Counted from the stretch's first letter, positions 1 to 9,015 are shown. The stretch: DNA of 64,000 bases from Thermoplasmata archaeon (GCA_021844945.1 JAKBSJ010000002.1:294965-358964); one strand, 5' to 3'. The notes: generated by a model from the sequence alone, not told the origin. Program-made: numbers and translations.

Positions 1-1112
1 TACGGGGCCGCATCGACTACGAGCGGCTCCGAAAGCAATTCGGAACGCAGGAGCTCTCCGGGCCCGTCCTCGAAGAGCTCCGGGAAGCCGCGGGCGGCAC
101 CCTCCATCCGTTGATCGAGCGGGGGGTCTACTACTCGCATCGGGACCTGGGGGTCCTCCTCGCGCAGTACCGAAAGGGAGAGCACTTCTTCCTGTACTCG
201 GGCCGTGGGCCGTCGGGCCCCCTCCACCTCTCCCACCTGGTGTCGTTCGAGCTGTGCCGTTGGCTGCAGGAGAAGTTCGATGCCCCGATGTACATCCAGA
301 TCACGGACGACGAGAAGTTCTGGGCGCGGAGCCAGCTCACCCGGGAAGACTCGATCCGCTGGGGCTACGAGAACCTTCTCGACATCCTCGCCGTAGGTTT
401 CGACCGGAAGAGAACGCACGTCTTCTTCGACTCCCGCTCGATTGCGGCGATGTATCCGCTCGCGGTCCGGGTCGCCCGCAAGATCCCGTACTCGACGGTC
501 AAGGCGGTGTTCGGGTTTGCCCCCAGCACCAACATCGGCCTCGTGTTCTACACGGCCCTGCAAACCGTGCCCGCGCTCTACCCGTCCTGGGAGAGCGGTC
601 GTAGCGTCCCGTGTCTCATCCCCTGCGGGATCGACCAGGACCCTCACTTCCGAGTGACGCGGGACATCGCCGAGTCGCTCGGATACCCGAAGCCCGCACT
701 CATTCACAGCCAAATGATCCCCGGGCTTCTCGGGGAGGGAGTGATGTCCACGACCGGTGGCAACGCGGCCGACAACGCGCTCTTCCTCAACGATCCCCCG
801 AAGACCGTCGAGCGGAAGATCCGAAAGGCGTTCACCGGCGGACGGGCCTCGGTCGAGGAGCAGCGTCGTCTCGGGGCGACCCCCGAGATCTGCTCCGTGT
901 GGGCATTGTGGCGGACCCGCTTCGCCGAGAACGAGGGCAAGTTCGAGCAGGTGACCCGCGATTGCCGCTCCGGCGCGCTCCTTTGCGGGGATTGCAAGGG
1001 AGAGCTCATCGAACGGGTACAGGCGTTCTATACGACCCATCAGGAGGCCCGAGAGCGAGCGCGCGATCGCGCCGAGGAGCTCATCATCACCGAGCCGCCA
1101 AAGCCCGATTGA
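1..1112 (+). CDS. trpS: tryptophan--tRNA ligase (archaeal/eukaryotic type), 5' end cut by window edge
   Basis: The frame of ORF 111..1112 stays open back to nt 3 (..RIDYERLRKQFGTQELS..HPLIERGVYYSHRDL). It carries a class-I HIGH-type motif GPLHLSHL and ITDDEKF, and looks like archaeal TrpRS over its whole length. Stop TGA at 1110-1112. Confidence 0.9.
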   Translation, partial: RGRIDYERLRKQFGTQELSGPVLEELREAAGGTLHPLIERGVYYSHRDLGVLLAQYRKGEHFFLYSGRGPSGPLHLSHLVSFELCRWLQEKFDAPMYIQITDDEKFWARSQLTREDSIRWGYENLLDILAVGFDRKRTHVFFDSRSIAAMYPLAVRVARKIPYSTVKAVFGFAPSTNIGLVFYTALQTVPALYPSWESGRSVPCLIPCGIDQDPHFRVTRDIAESLGYPKPALIHSQMIPGLLGEGVMSTTGGNAADNALFLNDPPKTVERKIRKAFTGGRASVEEQRRLGATPEICSVWALWRTRFAENEGKFEQVTRDCRSGALLCGDCKGELIERVQAFYTTHQEARERARDRAEELIITEPPKPD

Positions 1113-1160
1113 TGGGGCCGTAAACCCTCGATTTCCAGGGGAGGATCTCCCTCGCTAAGC

Positions 1161-1168
1161 TTATATAC
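1161..1168 (+). promoter_or_regulatory. TATA-like element (TTATATAC) in the trpS-ssb spacer
   Basis: Isolated A/T octamer in GC-rich intergenic DNA, about 155 nt upstream of the ssb ATG. Target and strand are uncertain; it would imply a long leader or a short unannotated transcript. Confidence 0.3.
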
Positions 1169-1321
1169 ATAAGGCTGGGTCCATCGGTCGAAGGAACGGA
1201 AAGCCTCGCCGATTTCGAGCGGCCCGCCGGTTTGATTTTTCGAACAGGTTGTTCGCGAGGATAGGCGGGAGCCCAACGTTCGTTCGAGACCAACGCGAAA
1301 GAAAGCGAAGAGGCAAACGAG

Positions 1322-1843
1322 ATGGAGAAGACCCTGACGAAAGTGCGCGACCTAACGCCGAGCTCGAAACAAGTCAACGTTCTCGCGAAAGTGGTGAACG
1401 TCGGCGAGCCCAAGGAAGTGATGGGCAAGTTCGGCGACCCGCGGAAAGTGGCGGAGGCCATTGTCGGCGACGACACGGCCACGATCATCCTTTCCCTGTG
1501 GAACGAGCAGATCGGATCGATTGCGAAGGACGAAGTGGTGCTGATTGACAACGGGTACGTGAGCCTCGTTCGGGGCCACATGCGCCTTAACGTCGGCCGC
1601 TACGGGAACCTCACGAAGTCGACGGAAGCGATCGCCGAAGTGAACAGCTCTCTCGACATGAGCCAGCAAGAGTTCGAGAGCGAGCGCCGCAGCTACGGTG
1701 GCGGCGGAGGCTACCGCGGTGGTGGCGGTGGCGGAGGCTATCGTGGCGGTGGTGGCGGCGGCGGTGGCGGAAGCTACGGCGGCGGTGGCAGCGGCGGATC
1801 GAGCGGCGGACGAGACCGCTCGGGCAGCTACAACCGGTACTAG
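1322..1843 (+). CDS. ssb: single-OB-fold ssDNA-binding protein (crenarchaeal/Thermoplasma-type SSB) with Gly/Arg/Tyr-rich C-terminal tail
   Basis: The N-terminal ~110 aa match the Sulfolobus-type SSB pattern by eye (..AEAIVGDDTATIILSLWNEQ..VVLIDNGYVSLVRGHMRLNVG..). The tail is GGGGGYRGGGGGGGYRGGGGGGGGGSYGGGGSGGSSGGRDRSGSYNRY. Third codon positions are strongly G/C. Confidence 0.85.
   Translation: MEKTLTKVRDLTPSSKQVNVLAKVVNVGEPKEVMGKFGDPRKVAEAIVGDDTATIILSLWNEQIGSIAKDEVVLIDNGYVSLVRGHMRLNVGRYGNLTKSTEAIAEVNSSLDMSQQEFESERRSYGGGGGYRGGGGGGGYRGGGGGGGGGSYGGGGSGGSSGGRDRSGSYNRY
1697..1810 (+). repeat. GGY/GGC-codon simple repeat encoding the SSB glycine-rich tail
   Basis: ggtggcggcggaggctaccgcggtggtggcggtggcggaggctatcgtggcggtggtggcggcggcggtggcgga... 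This is an imperfect tandem repeat of GGN triplets punctuated by TAC/TAT-CGN. Confidence 0.8.
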
Positions 1844-1879
1844 GACCTGCCCGATCCGCACGACCGAACCCTTTCGGCT

Positions 1880-1922
1880 CCCCTCCCTTCGGGGAGGGGC
1901 GCCCGCTCCATCGATTGTTTTT
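1880..1922 (+). terminator. GC hairpin (CCCCTCCC-TTCG-GGGAGGGG) followed by a T5 run, downstream of ssb
   Basis: Perfect 8-bp stem 1880-1887/1892-1899 with a TTCG loop, then ..TTGTTTTT at 1915-1922. Oligo-T is the usual archaeal termination signal. Confidence 0.5.
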
Positions 1923-1926
1923 ATAC
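1918..1926 (+). promoter_or_regulatory. TATA-like element (TTTTTATAC) about 30 nt upstream of ATG 1953
   Basis: The spacing fits an archaeal TATA box driving a leaderless or short-leader mRNA. It overlaps the T-run of the upstream terminator. Confidence 0.45.
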
Positions 1927-1952
1927 CTCGAGCCGGTCCCTTTGGTCCGAGC

Positions 1953-2636
1953 ATGCCCGACGACGAGTCGCGAGAGCTGACGCTGTACGTGGAGTCGAAG
2001 AAGGCCGTCACCCATTTCTACCGCGCGGGCTCCCTCGCTCCGGCAACGGCCCAAGTGGGCAACAACCCCCTCCCCACGAGCGCCGACACTCGAGGGGGCG
2101 ACGCTTCCAGCTCGCTCGGCGAGTCGGTCTTCTTCCTGTCGGACGAGCACGCCCGCTGCGTCGCCTTCACCGAGGATCTTGCGAAGCGCCGGGGATACCA
2201 CGTCAAGGTCGTCGACATCGCCAAGACCGGCCGGCTCGAACGCCTCGTGACGGAGCGCCTGCGCGGGGTCTCGCAATTGCCGGCGCTGGTCAGTCCGACC
2301 GGGTTGCGGCTCGAAGGGCCTGCGGCGTTCACGGAGGAGGCGGTCTGCGAGCTCATGCCGACCGAGCTCCGGAGCGTCCGGGCGTTCACCTACGTCAAGG
2401 TGAAGGGCGGCGATTTCGACCGGATCCGTGAGGTGCTCGTCGCGCTCCCCCAGGTCAAGGAGCTGCACTTCCTCACCGGGGATTGGGACATCTTCGTTGT
2501 CCTCGAGTTCCCGTCGGCGCAATCCCGCAAGCGCGAGGTCATCGATTTCGTGACGGACAAGATCCGCTCGCTGCCGGACATCGTGGACACCTCGACCCTG
2601 GTCCCCGAGTACACGATCACGAAGTTCGCGATCTAA
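1953..2636 (+). CDS. thioredoxin/glutaredoxin-fold domain fused to Lrp/AsnC-type ligand-binding (RAM) domain protein
   Basis: ATG 1953 lies in the frame of ORF 1698..2636 and GC3 is very high from 1953 onward. The middle (VFFLSDEHARCVAFTEDLAKRRGYHVKVVDI..LPALVSPTG) looks Trx-fold. The C-terminus (VRAFTYVKVKGGDFDRIREVLVALPQVKELHFLTGDWDIFVVLEF...TSTLV) is a typical AsnC/RAM domain. Confidence 0.7.
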   Translation: MPDDESRELTLYVESKKAVTHFYRAGSLAPATAQVGNNPLPTSADTRGGDASSSLGESVFFLSDEHARCVAFTEDLAKRRGYHVKVVDIAKTGRLERLVTERLRGVSQLPALVSPTGLRLEGPAAFTEEAVCELMPTELRSVRAFTYVKVKGGDFDRIREVLVALPQVKELHFLTGDWDIFVVLEFPSAQSRKREVIDFVTDKIRSLPDIVDTSTLVPEYTITKFAI

Positions 2637-5600
2637 CGCCGGGCCCGGCTTGCTCCCCGCGTCTTCGGCGCCCTACGCCGCCCGCGTCGGCGGGCGCGGT
2701 GGGGCTGCACGGCGCGCGGGATCCGGGCGACCCGTGCGGCGGCCGGCTCGGGGGTCCCGTAGAGGGCTTCGACCGTGAGCGCGTGCTCGCTCAACCATGC
2801 GATCCCTTCGGCGTACGCGCCGAACGTCTCCAAGCTCGTGAACAACGGGATCGCGAGTTCCACCGCCCGACGGCGGAGGACGTAGTCGTCCTCGAGCATC
2901 CGCTCGAGCTTGTCCTGGGTGAGGGAACTGGGGACGTTGAGGAGGAGATCGACCTCACCGCCGTCGAGCGCGTCGAGCACGTTCGGGTGCCGCTCGCGCT
3001 CGCTCACCTTGTACAGGACGCGGACGTTGCGGATCCCGCGGTCGGTGAGGTAGATTGCCGTGTCCTCGGTCGCCGCGACGCGCATGCCGATCTCCGCGAG
3101 ACGGCGAGCGATCGGCAGGAGGCGCTCCTTGAGCTCGGGACCCCCTACGCTCACGAACGCCGTTCCCGTCCTCGGAACGAGCCGGACCCCGGTCGCGAGC
3201 AGCGCCTTGACGAGCGCGTCGCTGAACGTCGGTCCGAAGCACGCGACCTCGCCCGTCGATTGCATCTCGACGCCGAGGACGGGATCCGACCCGCTCAGCT
3301 GGACGAAGGAGAACTGCGGTACCTTGACCCCCCAACGCCCCGGAGGGAGCGGGGCGATGCCGTCTCTCGAGATCGGTCGGCCCAGCATCGCCCGGGCCGC
3401 CTCGCGGAGCAGCGGCACGCCCGTCGCCTTCGTCAGGAACGGCAGCGACCGGCTCGCTCGAAGGTTGAGTTCGATGATCTGGTAGCCGCCGTCCTTCACG
3501 AGGAACTGGATGTTGAACGGCCCGCGGATCGAGAGCTCCCGCGCGAGCGTGCGCGCCGCCGCTACCAGGTCGCGTTGGACCTCGAGCGAGGTGTGGCGGG
3601 GGGGCAGGCAGAAGATCGCATCGCCGGAGTGGACGCCGGCCCGCTCAACGTGCTCGAGGATCCCCCCGACGAGGAGCCGCTCTCCGTCGGAGACCGCGTC
3701 CAGCTCGACCTCGTCCGCGCCCTCCACGAACTTGGTGATCACGACCGGGTGTTCCGGCGACACGCGCGCCGCCTGGTGGAGGAAGTCCGCGAGATCGGCC
3801 CGTCCCGGGATGACCCGCATCGCCTGGCCGCTTAGCACGTAGGAAGGTCGCACCAGCACCGGATAGCCGACCTCATCCGCGAACGCCTCGGCCTCCGCGA
3901 CGGTCGTGAACGCCTTCCACGCCGGTTGGGGGATCTCGCGCCGCTGGAGGAGCTGCGCGAACCGCGCCCGGTCCTCGGCCGTGTCGATCGACTCGGAGGA
4001 CGTGCCGAGGATCGGGATCCCGCAGGCGTGGAGGAGCGGCGTCAGGTTCTGCGCGAGCTGGCTGCCGACGCACGTCACGATCCCCTGATACCGATCGAAC
4101 TCCTGGATGTCGCGTACCCGCTCGAGCGTGATCTCCTCGAAGTAGAGGCGGTCGGATCGGTCGTAGTCGGTGGAGACGGTCTCGGGGTTCGAGTTCAGCA
4201 CGGCGACGGTCGGAACCCCCTCGGCCTTCAGTCCGTCGGCGAGGTTCATCGTCGACCAGTCGAACTCCACGCTCGAGCCGATGCGGTACGGTCCGGCGCC
4301 TAGAACGAGGATCGAGCCGGGGGGCGCGGGGGCGACGTCGTCGGCGTCGCCCCGGTAGGTGAGGTAGAGATAGTTCGTGCGGCTCGGCCACTCGCCGGCG
4401 AGCGTGTCGATCATCCGGACCCGGGGGCGGATGCCGGCCCTGATCCGCTGCGTGCGCACCTCCTCCTCGTCACGCCCACGAGCGCGCGCGATCGCCCGGT
4501 CGGAGAGCCCGAGCTCCTTGGCGCGCCGGAGCATCCCCGGCTCGGGCGGCGCGGAGGCGGACGCGATCAGTTCGCGCTGGCACTCCTCGATCTCAGCGAG
4601 GCGCTCGAGGAACCAGGCGTCGATGTAGGAAGTACGCTGGATCGCCGCAACGTCGATACCCGCGCGCAGCGCCTCGAGAACTTTGTACAGGATATCGGGC
4701 GTCGGAGCGCTCAGGTCGGCGAGGATCTCCTCCTTCGGGCGGACCGTCGCGGGAGGGAGCAGGTCGGAGCGTGGATCGCACATCCGCACCGCCTTCGAGA
4801 GCGCCTCGGGGAACGACGCGCCGACGCCCATGACTTCGCCGACCGACTTCATCGACGGGCCGAGGCGGCGGTCGGCGCGAGAGAACTTGTCGAGATCCCA
4901 CCGCGGGTGCTTCACGACGACGTAGTCGAGCGCCGGCTCGAAGCACGCGCTCGTGACGCCCGTGACACGATTCTTGAGCTCGGGCAGCGTGTAACCGAGC
5001 GCGAGCTTGGCGGCGACGTAGGCGAGCGGGTACCCGGTCGCTTTCGACGCGAGCGCACTCGAACGCGACAGCCGGGCGTTGATCTCGATCGCGTAGTACT
5101 CTCGACTGTCCGGGTTGAGGCAGAACTGGATGTTGCACTCCCCCACGACCCCGACGGTCTCCACCGCCCGCAGCGCCGCTTGGCGGAGCATCTGGTACTC
5201 GGCGTCGTCCAGGGTCTGGCTGGGGGCGATGACGATGTTATCGCCCGTGTGCACCCGCATGGAGAGCACGTTCTCCATATTGCAGACCGTGAGCGCGTTG
5301 CCGAGTCGGTCCCGCACGACTTCGTACTCGAGCTGCTTGAACGCGCCGACGTACCGTTCGAGGAGCACCTGCCCCATGGGGCTGGCCCGCAGGCCCCGGC
5401 CCACTACCTCATTGAGCTCGTCCGGCGTGCGCGCGACGCCGCCGCCCTTGCCGCCGAGCGTGTAAGCGACGCGCACCATCAGCGGATAGCCGAGTTCCGA
5501 CGCCGCACGATGCGCCTCCTCGATCGAGTAGACGGCTCGGCTCGGAAGGGTGGGAACCTTCGCCCGCTCCATAGCGCGGACGAACTTCGCGCGGTCCTCC

Positions 5601-5974
5601 GTGGCGCGGATCCCCGAGAGCGGCGTACCCAGGACTTCGGTCTGGGTCGCGCGCAGGGCCCCGGAGTCCGAGAGACCGATGCCGCAGTTGAGGGCGGTCT
5701 GGCCCCCGAAGGCGAGCAGGATTCCGTCCGGCCGCTCGGCCTCGAGGATCGGCGCGACGAACTCCGGGATCAGGGGCTGGAAGTACACGCGCCCGTTGCG
5801 CGGCGGATCGGTCTGCAACGTCGCGATGTTCGGGTTGACGACAACGGTGTAGACTCCCTCTTCCTCCAGCGCCTTCAGGCACTGAGAGCCGGAGTAGTCG
5901 AACTCGCCGGCCTCCCCGATCTTCAGGGCCCCCGACCCGAGGAGGACCGCCTTGCGAGGGATCTCGGGCGTCAT
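2633..5974 (-). CDS. carB: carbamoyl-phosphate synthase large subunit
   Basis: MTPEIPRKAVLLGSGALKIGEAGEFDYSGSQ.. with two ATP-grasp halves and an MGS-like C-terminus. The start ATG at 5974 overlaps the carA stop (ATGA). The upstream part of the 1164-aa ORF is a stop-free extension. Confidence 0.95.
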   Translation of the reverse strand: MTPEIPRKAVLLGSGALKIGEAGEFDYSGSQCLKALEEEGVYTVVVNPNIATLQTDPPRNGRVYFQPLIPEFVAPILEAERPDGILLAFGGQTALNCGIGLSDSGALRATQTEVLGTPLSGIRATEDRAKFVRAMERAKVPTLPSRAVYSIEEAHRAASELGYPLMVRVAYTLGGKGGGVARTPDELNEVVGRGLRASPMGQVLLERYVGAFKQLEYEVVRDRLGNALTVCNMENVLSMRVHTGDNIVIAPSQTLDDAEYQMLRQAALRAVETVGVVGECNIQFCLNPDSREYYAIEINARLSRSSALASKATGYPLAYVAAKLALGYTLPELKNRVTGVTSACFEPALDYVVVKHPRWDLDKFSRADRRLGPSMKSVGEVMGVGASFPEALSKAVRMCDPRSDLLPPATVRPKEEILADLSAPTPDILYKVLEALRAGIDVAAIQRTSYIDAWFLERLAEIEECQRELIASASAPPEPGMLRRAKELGLSDRAIARARGRDEEEVRTQRIRAGIRPRVRMIDTLAGEWPSRTNYLYLTYRGDADDVAPAPPGSILVLGAGPYRIGSSVEFDWSTMNLADGLKAEGVPTVAVLNSNPETVSTDYDRSDRLYFEEITLERVRDIQEFDRYQGIVTCVGSQLAQNLTPLLHACGIPILGTSSESIDTAEDRARFAQLLQRREIPQPAWKAFTTVAEAEAFADEVGYPVLVRPSYVLSGQAMRVIPGRADLADFLHQAARVSPEHPVVITKFVEGADEVELDAVSDGERLLVGGILEHVERAGVHSGDAIFCLPPRHTSLEVQRDLVAAARTLARELSIRGPFNIQFLVKDGGYQIIELNLRASRSLPFLTKATGVPLLREAARAMLGRPISRDGIAPLPPGRWGVKVPQFSFVQLSGSDPVLGVEMQSTGEVACFGPTFSDALVKALLATGVRLVPRTGTAFVSVGGPELKERLLPIARRLAEIGMRVAATEDTAIYLTDRGIRNVRVLYKVSERERHPNVLDALDGGEVDLLLNVPSSLTQDKLERMLEDDYVLRRRAVELAIPLFTSLETFGAYAEGIAWLSEHALTVEALYGTPEPAAARVARIPRAVQPHRARRRGRRRAPKTRGASRARR

Positions 5975-7119
5975 GAGCGTCGCCGCACCTTCGCCGCAAA
6001 GATGTCGAAGACGAACCCCGCCTCCTGCGGACCGGGGTGGCCCTCGGGATGGCCCTGGAGCGCGATCAGGCGGCCCGTCGCGTCCCGCACCCCCTCGAGC
6101 GTCCCATCGTCCGGGTTGAACGCCCACGGCTCGAGCCCCGTGCCGACGAGCGTCTTCGGGTCGACCGCGTAACCGTGGTTCTCGCTGACGATGAGTGCCC
6201 GGCCGTCCGGGAAGGTAACGGTCTTGTTCTGTCCTCGATGCCCGAACTTGAGCTTGAACGTCGACGCGCCCCGGCTCATCGCGAGAAGCTGCACGCCGAG
6301 GCAGATCCCGAGCGTAGGGAGGGCGCGCACCGATGGACGCGCGAGCTCGGCCACCGAGGTCTCGAGCTGCGCCGGGTCGCCGGGCCCGTTGCTGACGAGG
6401 AGCCCGGCGACGTGCCGTCCCTCGAATTTCTCGGGGATAGGGGCGTTGTAGGGGAGCCGGAGCACCGCGAGGCGACGGTCGAGGAGCGCGCGCAAAATGC
6501 TCGCCTTGACGCCGCAGTCGAGAACGGCTACCACCGGCGCGTTCCGGGGACCGAGGAGGCTCGCTTCTTTTGCGGTGACGTCGGCCATGTAGTTCTCGTC
6601 GGCGTAAGCGGGCGCGTCGCGGATCGTGCGCGCAAGCTCGTCATCGCTCGGACGACGGTCGACCGATCCTACGTCGATGACCCCCCGGACGACTCCCCGC
6701 TCGCGCAGGTGTTCAGTGAGCTGGCGGGTATCGATTCCGAGGACCCCGGGAACTCCTTCGGCATCCAGCCACTGGTCCAGGGGTTCCTCGCTGTTCCAAT
6801 GGTGCGGGGTCGTCGCTCCGCGGGCGATCATCCCCCGGACCTGGATCTCGCCGGATTCCACGCCGAGGGGGAGACCCAGTGGATCCCGTGCTTTCGGGTC
6901 CGGGACGCCGTAGTTCCCCAGCAGAGGGTACGTGAACGTGAGGATCTGTCCCCGGAACGATGGATCGGTCAGCGATTCGGGATAGCCAACCATCCCGGTG
7001 GTGAAGACGACCTCGCCGACCCGGCGGGTCGCGCGGCCGAGGCCGACCCCATCGAATCGACTTCCGTCCTCGAGAAATAGAGTCCCCCTCAGAGCGTCGT
7101 TCCCCGGCGTTCGGGACAC
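5971..7119 (-). CDS. carA: carbamoyl-phosphate synthase small (glutaminase) subunit
   Basis: ..LRGTLFLEDGSRFDGVGLG.., GATase triad region LGICLGVQLL .. ENHGYAV. Start chosen at in-frame GTG 7119 (VSRTPGNDALRGTLFLEDG); the exact start is uncertain. Confidence 0.9.
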   Translation of the reverse strand: MSRTPGNDALRGTLFLEDGSRFDGVGLGRATRRVGEVVFTTGMVGYPESLTDPSFRGQILTFTYPLLGNYGVPDPKARDPLGLPLGVESGEIQVRGMIARGATTPHHWNSEEPLDQWLDAEGVPGVLGIDTRQLTEHLRERGVVRGVIDVGSVDRRPSDDELARTIRDAPAYADENYMADVTAKEASLLGPRNAPVVAVLDCGVKASILRALLDRRLAVLRLPYNAPIPEKFEGRHVAGLLVSNGPGDPAQLETSVAELARPSVRALPTLGICLGVQLLAMSRGASTFKLKFGHRGQNKTVTFPDGRALIVSENHGYAVDPKTLVGTGLEPWAFNPDDGTLEGVRDATGRLIALQGHPEGHPGPQEAGFVFDIFAAKVRRRS

Positions 7120-7247
7120 GGCTGGTGGAACCCGATAGTCCCGAGGAATGGTGTTTTGGATAAGCGTTGCGCCACGAGATCCGTTGCTCCTCACCCGAGG
7201 AGCGCGCGACGCGAGGGGCGAAATACGTGGGTATCCCTGCGCTCGCG

Positions 7248-8246
7248 ATGCCCGGGTTCCCCCGTCTGCGCGACGCATACGACGTCGTCATCCTCGGCGG
7301 GGGTCACGCCGGCTTGGCCGCCGCGCTCAAAACGGGGTTGTTGGGCTACACCGCGCTCCTGATCGATCGCGGGCCGAAGTACAGCCGCTCGTACTACGCG
7401 CCGAAGATGGACAACATCCCCGGCTTCCCTGGAGGGATATCGGGCCACAAGCTCCTCGACCTCCAGATCGCCGCTCTCCGAGAGGTCGAGTCGTCCGTGA
7501 CGTACGTTACCCCGGCGACCGCGACCGGCCTCACCCGCCTCTCCAGCGGAGAGTACGAGGCCGCGTTCGGGTGGCTCAAGCGCAGCCACACGGCGCGCGG
7601 GCGCGCGGCCGTCCTAGCGCTCGGCGTCGTGGACCGGATGCCCGTGATCGGGGGAAAGATCGACCCCATCTTCCCATGGGCGAACTTCGGCATCGTAGAT
7701 TTCTGCGTTCTGTGCGACGGCCACACGCTGCCGGACCGGTCGGTCGGAGTTCTGGGGAACGACGCCTACGCCGTGCGGACGGCGATCGACCTCCTGCACT
7801 TCCGCCCGAAATCCGTGGAGATCCTCACGCTCGGACGACCCTTGCTCGAGGGCAGCCCCGACGACGAGCGGAGCGAGCTCCTGCGCCAATTGGCCGAGCG
7901 CGGCGTCACGCATGTGGATGCCGAGGTCGCGGGGTTCGACGAGATCCGCGAGCGGCGCTTCGGCGTGAAGTTCGCGGACGGCTCGCGTCGGGTCTACGAC
8001 AAGGGATTCAGCGCCCTGGGGTGGTACGATCAGCACCGCGACTTGCCCCGATCTCTCGGCTGTCGCATCGACAGCGAAGGATACGTGGTCACCGACGAGG
8101 ACTGCCGCGCGATCGCGGATCCGGACGGGGGCCCGATTCCGGGCCTGTACTGCATCGGGGACCTGCGGAACGGCTGGAACCAGATCCCCGAAGCGTGGGC
8201 AACTGCCGAGCGGGCGATCATCCACGCCTACGGCTACTACCTGTAG
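7248..8246 (+). CDS. FAD-dependent pyridine nucleotide-disulfide oxidoreductase, thioredoxin-reductase-like
   Basis: YDVVILGGGHAGLAAA (FAD GxGxxG), redox CxxC in FCVLCDGH (compare CAxCDG of TrxB), C-terminal GLYCIGD. Start taken at ATG 7248 (MPGFPRLRDAYDVVILGGG). Confidence 0.8.
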   Translation: MPGFPRLRDAYDVVILGGGHAGLAAALKTGLLGYTALLIDRGPKYSRSYYAPKMDNIPGFPGGISGHKLLDLQIAALREVESSVTYVTPATATGLTRLSSGEYEAAFGWLKRSHTARGRAAVLALGVVDRMPVIGGKIDPIFPWANFGIVDFCVLCDGHTLPDRSVGVLGNDAYAVRTAIDLLHFRPKSVEILTLGRPLLEGSPDDERSELLRQLAERGVTHVDAEVAGFDEIRERRFGVKFADGSRRVYDKGFSALGWYDQHRDLPRSLGCRIDSEGYVVTDEDCRAIADPDGGPIPGLYCIGDLRNGWNQIPEAWATAERAIIHAYGYYL

Positions 8247-8247
8247 C

Positions 8248-9015
8248 TCAGTTCGCGGGAGCGATACGCGGAGGACCGTCCTTCGGGGACGCGGCCACGT
8301 TGAGCTGGCGCGCCAGCTCGAAGAGATCGGTGGCGACCGCCTCCGCCCCGGCAGCGAGGAAACGATCGACCGTCATCGGCGACATCGAGGTCTCCCGGGG
8401 GTCGGGCAGGACGGCGTAGAAGTGGACCTGGGCGCGGGTCGCACACTCGGCATCGATCAAGTGATCGCCGACGTACAGGGCCCGTCCGATCGGGACCTCC
8501 ATTTCCTTCAGCAGGTACCACAACGCTTCGGGGGACGGCTTCGCCGGCCCCGCGGAGCTACGCGAGCGCAAGTAGGGGAAGTACTCGGCAAGGCCCGTTC
8601 GCACGAGGGCGGCGCGGGCAAACGCTTCGGAGCTCCGCGTCAGGATCCCGATGCGAAACCCTCGCCCCACGAGACCCTGTACTAGGTCCATCGCGCCTCC
8701 ACGGACCGTGGTCCGTTCGAGCGCCTGCATCTCGATCCCGTCTATGAGGCGGTGGAACTCGGCCTCGAAGCGCATGACCACCGTCTCGGGCGCCCCACCG
8801 GCAAGGATCCTATCTCGCGCGACCTCCAGGATCCGATGCATCGGCATCTCGACCGACAGGGCTCCGGGCCCGACTCCGTAGCGCTCGGCAAGCCGGATCA
8901 CCTCCCGCCGCATTCGGTAAAAGTCGTGCTGAGAGACGATCAGGGTGCCGTCCAAGTCGAAGACGATCCCGAGCATGGGATCCAGAAACCGCGGTTCCGC
9001 TTGGCGCACGGGCAT
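8248..9015 (-). CDS. HAD-superfamily phosphatase (subfamily IA-like)
   Basis: Motif I IVFDLDGTL, motif II ILTRS, motif IV YVGDHLIDAE. An alternative start at ATG 8976 (MLGIVFDLDGTL) is equally plausible. Confidence 0.8.
   Translation of the reverse strand: MPVRQAEPRFLDPMLGIVFDLDGTLIVSQHDFYRMRREVIRLAERYGVGPGALSVEMPMHRILEVARDRILAGGAPETVVMRFEAEFHRLIDGIEMQALERTTVRGGAMDLVQGLVGRGFRIGILTRSSEAFARAALVRTGLAEYFPYLRSRSSAGPAKPSPEALWYLLKEMEVPIGRALYVGDHLIDAECATRAQVHFYAVLPDPRETSMSPMTVDRFLAAGAEAVATDLFELARQLNVAASPKDGPPRIAPAN

Noticed and set aside
2483-3835. 450-aa plus-strand ORF (and 4907..6172, 421 aa) opposite carB
   Set aside because: It is antisense to a gene with unambiguous full-length CarB similarity. 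The translation is Arg/Pro/Gly/Asp-rich with no motifs. This is a typical stop-free shadow ORF in high-GC DNA.
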